A stretch of 29,128 bases of DNA from contig JAFTPW010000213.1 of the NCBI GenBank assembly GCA_017463075.1, forward strand, positions 1-29,128, in the 5' to 3' direction. Shown here in pieces: positions 25,292-29,128 of the stretch (the stretch's first letter is position 1; each line of letters begins with the position of its first letter). Position numbers and translations under genes: made by a program. The notes beneath the pieces are model-generated. The model worked only from the letters and a program-made list of their open reading frames with translations. It was not told where the DNA came from and searched no databases. Source of the DNA: Clostridia bacterium. GTDB lineage: Bacteria; Bacillota; Clostridia; Oscillospirales; CAG-272.

Positions 25292-25377
25292 GTAGAGACA
25301 GTCGGTCTCGACTGTCCGAAAACATAAAGTTAAATTAAATTGTCCGTAAGCGGACAGTCGAGGACGCCTGTCCCTAC
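25292..25377. repeat. Second inverted REP doublet
   Basis: GTAGAGACAGTCGGTCTCGACTGTCC at 25292-25317 (+) and GTAGGGACAGGCGTCCTCGACTGTCC at 25352-25377 (-), with a 34-nt spacer. Confidence 0.85.
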
Positions 25378-25410
25378 AAAACAATTGCATCTCACCAAAC
25401 GGAGAAACAT

Positions 25411-26166
25411 ATGACCTACACCTACCCCGAATTCAAAGAGAAGCTTTACAAGGTCTTTGAATTGAATTCCCTTTCAAAATATCTCGACGAGGAAAAAGCA
25501 AAGCTCTTTTACGACTTTGCCGACCTGTTGCTTGAGACCAACAAATCAATGAATCTTACGGCAGTCAAGGACGACGACGGCGTGATCTTAAAGCACCTCG
25601 CCGACAGCCTTATCGTCGCCGACCACATTCCAAATGGAGCGCGCGTAATCGACGTCGGATGCGGCGCGGGCTTTCCCACCTTCCCTCTTGCCATCGCGCG
25701 TCCCGATCTCAAGATCACATCCCTCGATAGCACCGAGAAAAAGATAAATTTCGTCCGATCGACCGCGACGGCGCTCGGACTCGCAAATATCACCGCGATA
25801 AGCGGACGCGCCGAGGCTCTGTCACGCGGAGAGCTGCGCGAGAGCTTCGACGTCGCGACCGCGAGAGCCGTCGCCGCGCTTCCCGTCCTTACCGAGCTTT
25901 GTATGCCCTTTATCAAGGTGGACGGCAAATTTGCGGCAATGAAGGCTCTGCGCGCCGACACCGAGATCGCCGACACCGAGGCGTCGGGTCTCTTCTTCAC
26001 TCTCGGCGGCGAGAGACATCCGAGAGTTACCGAGTACACCCTCACCGACGGGGTGGGCGAGCCACTCTCCCGCGCGGTAGTCGAGGTCAAAAAGCTTACG
26101 AAGACTCCTCCAAAATATCCGAGAAATTATTCGCAGATCGTAAAGCAGGCAAAAAAGAAGGGATAA
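25411..26166 (+). CDS. rsmG: 16S rRNA m7G527 methyltransferase RsmG/GidB
   Basis: MNLTAV, KHLADS, DVGCGAGFP, RAE, TARAVA and TPPKYPR motifs, downstream of mnmG. Confidence 0.93.
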   Translation: MTYTYPEFKEKLYKVFELNSLSKYLDEEKAKLFYDFADLLLETNKSMNLTAVKDDDGVILKHLADSLIVADHIPNGARVIDVGCGAGFPTFPLAIARPDLKITSLDSTEKKINFVRSTATALGLANITAISGRAEALSRGELRESFDVATARAVAALPVLTELCMPFIKVDGKFAAMKALRADTEIADTEASGLFFTLGGERHPRVTEYTLTDGVGEPLSRAVVEVKKLTKTPPKYPRNYSQIVKQAKKKG

Positions 26167-26169
26167 ATC

Positions 26170-26817
26170 ATGGGAAACATAGATAAATACGATTACGAGG
26201 CGAAGGGCGGAAACGTCGACCTCGCGGTTCTCGCCGCCGAAAAGCGCAAGAGAGAAACGATCAGAGGGCGAATACTTTTCACCTTCAAAACCTTTATCTG
26301 TCACCTTGCGGCAGTTCTTCTCTACCTCGTTGTCTTCGCCAACACGGGCGATTTTCAGAGCTACTACGACGTGGCGGAGGAGCGAATCGTGCTGATAATC
26401 TTCAGCATCATCGCCGTCGTGATCTACGGGCTCATCATATCGATCGAGCTTTCCAAGAACGTTACCGCCCGAGAGATCTTCATCAAGGACAGACCCTTCG
26501 AGCGCAAAAAGCGCGTGCGTCTCGCCCTCTCGAACGTCATTCCCTACAGCGTGATCTACCTCATCTTCCAGATGCCCGCCGCGATCTATCATCTTTTCGT
26601 GGGCTACGATTACGTAGAGACCTCGATATTCGAGTATTTCTACGTGCTCGATATGGGACTTATGGAGCTGACGCACGTTGGCGTCGTGGGCGCGATCCTC
26701 AACACGATCATTTTCGCCGCGGCACTTTTCGTCTCCAACCTCCTCACCTGCCGCCGCTGGCAAGCCGACGAGAAGCGATTTGAAAAGGGCGAAAAAATGA
26801 AGAGAAAATACGGATAA
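26170..26817 (+). CDS. Hypothetical multi-pass membrane protein (215 aa)
   Basis: About four hydrophobic segments. Starts 3 nt after the rsmG stop. Confidence 0.75.
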   Translation: MGNIDKYDYEAKGGNVDLAVLAAEKRKRETIRGRILFTFKTFICHLAAVLLYLVVFANTGDFQSYYDVAEERIVLIIFSIIAVVIYGLIISIELSKNVTAREIFIKDRPFERKKRVRLALSNVIPYSVIYLIFQMPAAIYHLFVGYDYVETSIFEYFYVLDMGLMELTHVGVVGAILNTIIFAAALFVSNLLTCRRWQADEKRFEKGEKMKRKYG

Positions 26818-26869
26818 AAACCGCAAAAACGTTTTACGCATCTTTTATCAACCGGCGAGAAATGGACCG

Positions 26870-26898
26870 TTGAGAAAAAAGTTAAAATATTATATAAT
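26870..26898 (+). promoter_or_regulatory. sigmaA promoter
   Basis: TTGAGA-17 nt-TATAAT. Confidence 0.75.
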
Positions 26899-26935
26899 TA
26901 ATTTAAAATAATAAATAAGACAAAGGAGAATCGAA

Positions 26936-29077
26936 ATGAAAATAGCGTCCCAAAGAATCCTACTGCTTTTACTCGCGCTCGTTATGTGCGTCTCCCTCGC
27001 CGCTTGCGGTGAAAAAACGCCCGACGGATCGACCCCCACTCCTCCCGACGACCAAGGAGGAGAGACCACCGTACTCTACGACCTTTCCAATTTCTCCATC
27101 GTTTATACAAATCAGGTCACAAACCGCACCTCCGACGCCATTTTAATGCTCGCATCAACGATTTCGGACGAAACGGGACTTGAATGCATTCCCAAAATAG
27201 ACAGGATCACTGATGTCGGCGAGTGGGAGATACTTATCGGTAATACCAACCGCCCCGAGTCAGAGGAAGCCCTTGCCCTCGTGACCGACGACAATTCCTT
27301 CGTTATCAAGTCCTTCGGGCATGCGATCGCTATTAACGCGAAGAACAGCAAGGCGCTCATCGCCGCCATCGAGCATTTCCGCAAGCTTGCGCTCGACAAC
27401 GAATTCATCTTCAAAAACGAGCTTGAGTACGTCAGCGAGCCCTTGACCGAGATCGTCTTGGCGGCGGACGGCGCAAGCGAATACAAGATCGTTCACCTCG
27501 CCGGTCTTGACACGTCTCTCAAAGGCGGAAACGAAAAATACGACCTTGAGGTGAAGCTCGGCTACGACCTTCAGGAAGCAATAAAGACAAAGGTGAAGGA
27601 GACTCTCCCCGTTGTAAATGACGGAGCGGAGTACGAATACGAAATCCTCATCGGCGAGACCTCGCGACAGGAGAGCATAGATTTCCGCAACTCGCTCGCC
27701 CTCAGCGAATACGGCTACGAGATCATCGGAAACAAAATAGTGATCTCGGGCACCAACCACACAACAACTCACCTCGCCGTATCGCTTTTCATTGAATCGG
27801 TTAATTCGTTCACCGAGATCAGCGGCAACAACGCCTCCCTCGTCCTTTACGACGGCATGAGGATCACGACAAGAGCAGCGGGCTGGAACACAAACATTCC
27901 CGAATTTGAGGGCGGCAGCTTTGGCGGCACGCTCGATTCGGGTCAGGGCTCTTTGACTGTTCTTTACAAGGATACGACCGCCGAGGCGTTCGCGGATTAT
28001 TGCGACAAGCTTGAGTCGCTCGGCTACGAGCGCTGGCAGAAAAACACCATCGAGGATAATGTCCACGCGACGTATACTCACAGCGAAAACGGCATGATCC
28101 ACGTTTATTACGCTGCAAACGAGCAGAACGTGAGAATAGTCTCATATAAAAAAGGAAAGTACAATCTTCCCACGAGCACCGAAAAGGAAAGCTACGAGGC
28201 AATCACACAGACCTCTATCACCCAGTACGGTCTCGATCGCAAAAACGGCGCGGTAGGTATGTGCTACGTCATCACGCTTGAGGACGGCTCGTTTATCGTG
28301 GTCGACTCGGGAACGGAGAACGACGATAAGAGCGCTTACATTGAATTTTACAATCTTCTCAAGCATCTGAACAAGCGCCCCGACGGCCAGATCGTTATCA
28401 GGGCGTGGTATCTCACCCACGAGCATTCCGATCACTACCAGATGTTCGCCAAATTTATGCAGGAGTACGGCAAGAAGGTTACTATTCAGGAATTCTGGTG
28501 CAACACCTCAACGAAGGATTTCACCTACAACGGAGCCAACGGAAATATAACGTGGGAGAAGAGCTACTCCAAATACGCTAATTATGTAAACGGCGATTTC
28601 AAGTGGATCAATCTCCATACGGGTATGGAATTTTACGCCGGCAATATGAAGTTCGAGGTGCTTTACACCGAAGAGGATCTTTTCCCGAAGGTCTGCCGCA
28701 GCTACAACAACTGCATTCTCATTATGAAAATGACCGACACGACGAGCGGACAGACGATGCTCTGGATGGGAGACCTGCTTTTGGACGGTTGCGAGACGCT
28801 CGCGGCGAGATACGACGGGTATCTCAAGAGCGATCTGCTTCAGGTAGCTCACCACGGAAAGAGCGAGGCGGTGTCGATATACAAGGAAGTGCTCCCGAAG
28901 GTTGCCTTCTGGTCTTGCACCACTGCTCAAAAAAATACCCTTACCAACAACGCTACTTATAGAGAAACCAATCAATTTTTGGCGAAAAACGTTCTCGTGC
29001 ATATTTGCTCCGACTACACCTACACTATCAAGTTGCCCTATGCCAGCGGTGACAAGATAGAAAAATGGATTCCTTAA
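26936..29077 (+). CDS. Lipoprotein with two N-terminal repeats and a C-terminal metallo-beta-lactamase-fold (ComEC/Rec2-like) hydrolase domain
   Basis: Lipobox LAAC at Cys24, repeats WEILIGNTNRPES and YEILIGETSRQES, MBL motifs VVDSG, THEHSDH, YNNC, MGD and QVAHHG. Confidence 0.8.
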   Translation: MKIASQRILLLLLALVMCVSLAACGEKTPDGSTPTPPDDQGGETTVLYDLSNFSIVYTNQVTNRTSDAILMLASTISDETGLECIPKIDRITDVGEWEILIGNTNRPESEEALALVTDDNSFVIKSFGHAIAINAKNSKALIAAIEHFRKLALDNEFIFKNELEYVSEPLTEIVLAADGASEYKIVHLAGLDTSLKGGNEKYDLEVKLGYDLQEAIKTKVKETLPVVNDGAEYEYEILIGETSRQESIDFRNSLALSEYGYEIIGNKIVISGTNHTTTHLAVSLFIESVNSFTEISGNNASLVLYDGMRITTRAAGWNTNIPEFEGGSFGGTLDSGQGSLTVLYKDTTAEAFADYCDKLESLGYERWQKNTIEDNVHATYTHSENGMIHVYYAANEQNVRIVSYKKGKYNLPTSTEKESYEAITQTSITQYGLDRKNGAVGMCYVITLEDGSFIVVDSGTENDDKSAYIEFYNLLKHLNKRPDGQIVIRAWYLTHEHSDHYQMFAKFMQEYGKKVTIQEFWCNTSTKDFTYNGANGNITWEKSYSKYANYVNGDFKWINLHTGMEFYAGNMKFEVLYTEEDLFPKVCRSYNNCILIMKMTDTTSGQTMLWMGDLLLDGCETLAARYDGYLKSDLLQVAHHGKSEAVSIYKEVLPKVAFWSCTTAQKNTLTNNATYRETNQFLAKNVLVHICSDYTYTIKLPYASGDKIEKWIP

Positions 29078-29080
29078 CAA

Positions 29081-29128
29081 TAACAAAAAAGTCTGTTTCA
29101 CCTACGGGTGAAACAGACTTTTTTGTTA
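29081..29128. terminator. Perfect 22-bp hairpin with a TACG loop (bidirectional terminator) at the window end
   Basis: TAACAAAAAAGTCTGTTTCACC-TACG-GGTGAAACAGACTTTTTTGTTA. Confidence 0.8.

Noticed and set aside
23100-25410. oriC or DnaA boxes near mnmG-rsmG
   Set aside because: No TTATCCACA-type boxes were seen in the intergenic regions.
1-29128. Genome-wide TAG reassignment (genetic code 15)
   Set aside because: Only one internal TAG among all the long coding regions. Recoded genomes show many.

Overview
A 29-kb chromosomal window that looks like a moderately GC-rich Clostridia-type (Bacillota) genome: near-consensus sigmaA promoters with an extended -10, GGAGG Shine-Dalgarno sites and Gram-positive lipoboxes. 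Left to right it holds: the 3' half of a glycyl radical enzyme and a ketose 3-epimerase-like TIM-barrel gene; an XRE regulator, a NUDIX hydrolase and a membrane protein; tRNA-Ser(GGA); three tandem ~770-aa paralogous solute-binding-like lipoproteins; a divergent ABC-F ATPase; a class B PBP, nth, cca, a small Cys-rich protein and a lipid kinase; and an RNA-modification run (RNHCP protein, tcdA, ttcA-like, mnmG, rsmG). It ends with a membrane protein and a large MBL-fold lipoprotein. The most interesting signals are non-coding. The ABC-F leader has a 3-codon uORF (MRI), a terminator and mutually exclusive pairings, resembling ribosome-sensing antibiotic attenuators. A ~290-nt highly structured intergenic RNA has 6S-like closing helices but extra hairpins. 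There are five copies of a GTAG-type REP hairpin, two pairs arranged as inverted doublets, and a structured ~95-nt tandem repeat that forms the 3' end of a lipoprotein gene. Two otherwise diverged lipoprotein paralogs share 101 nt of perfect identity. mnmG carries an in-frame amber at a normally Gln codon and shows a sharp codon-usage switch mid-gene (recombination or assembly chimera). No CRISPR array, integrase or transposase is supported. Family assignments are from motif recognition only; no database searches were run.
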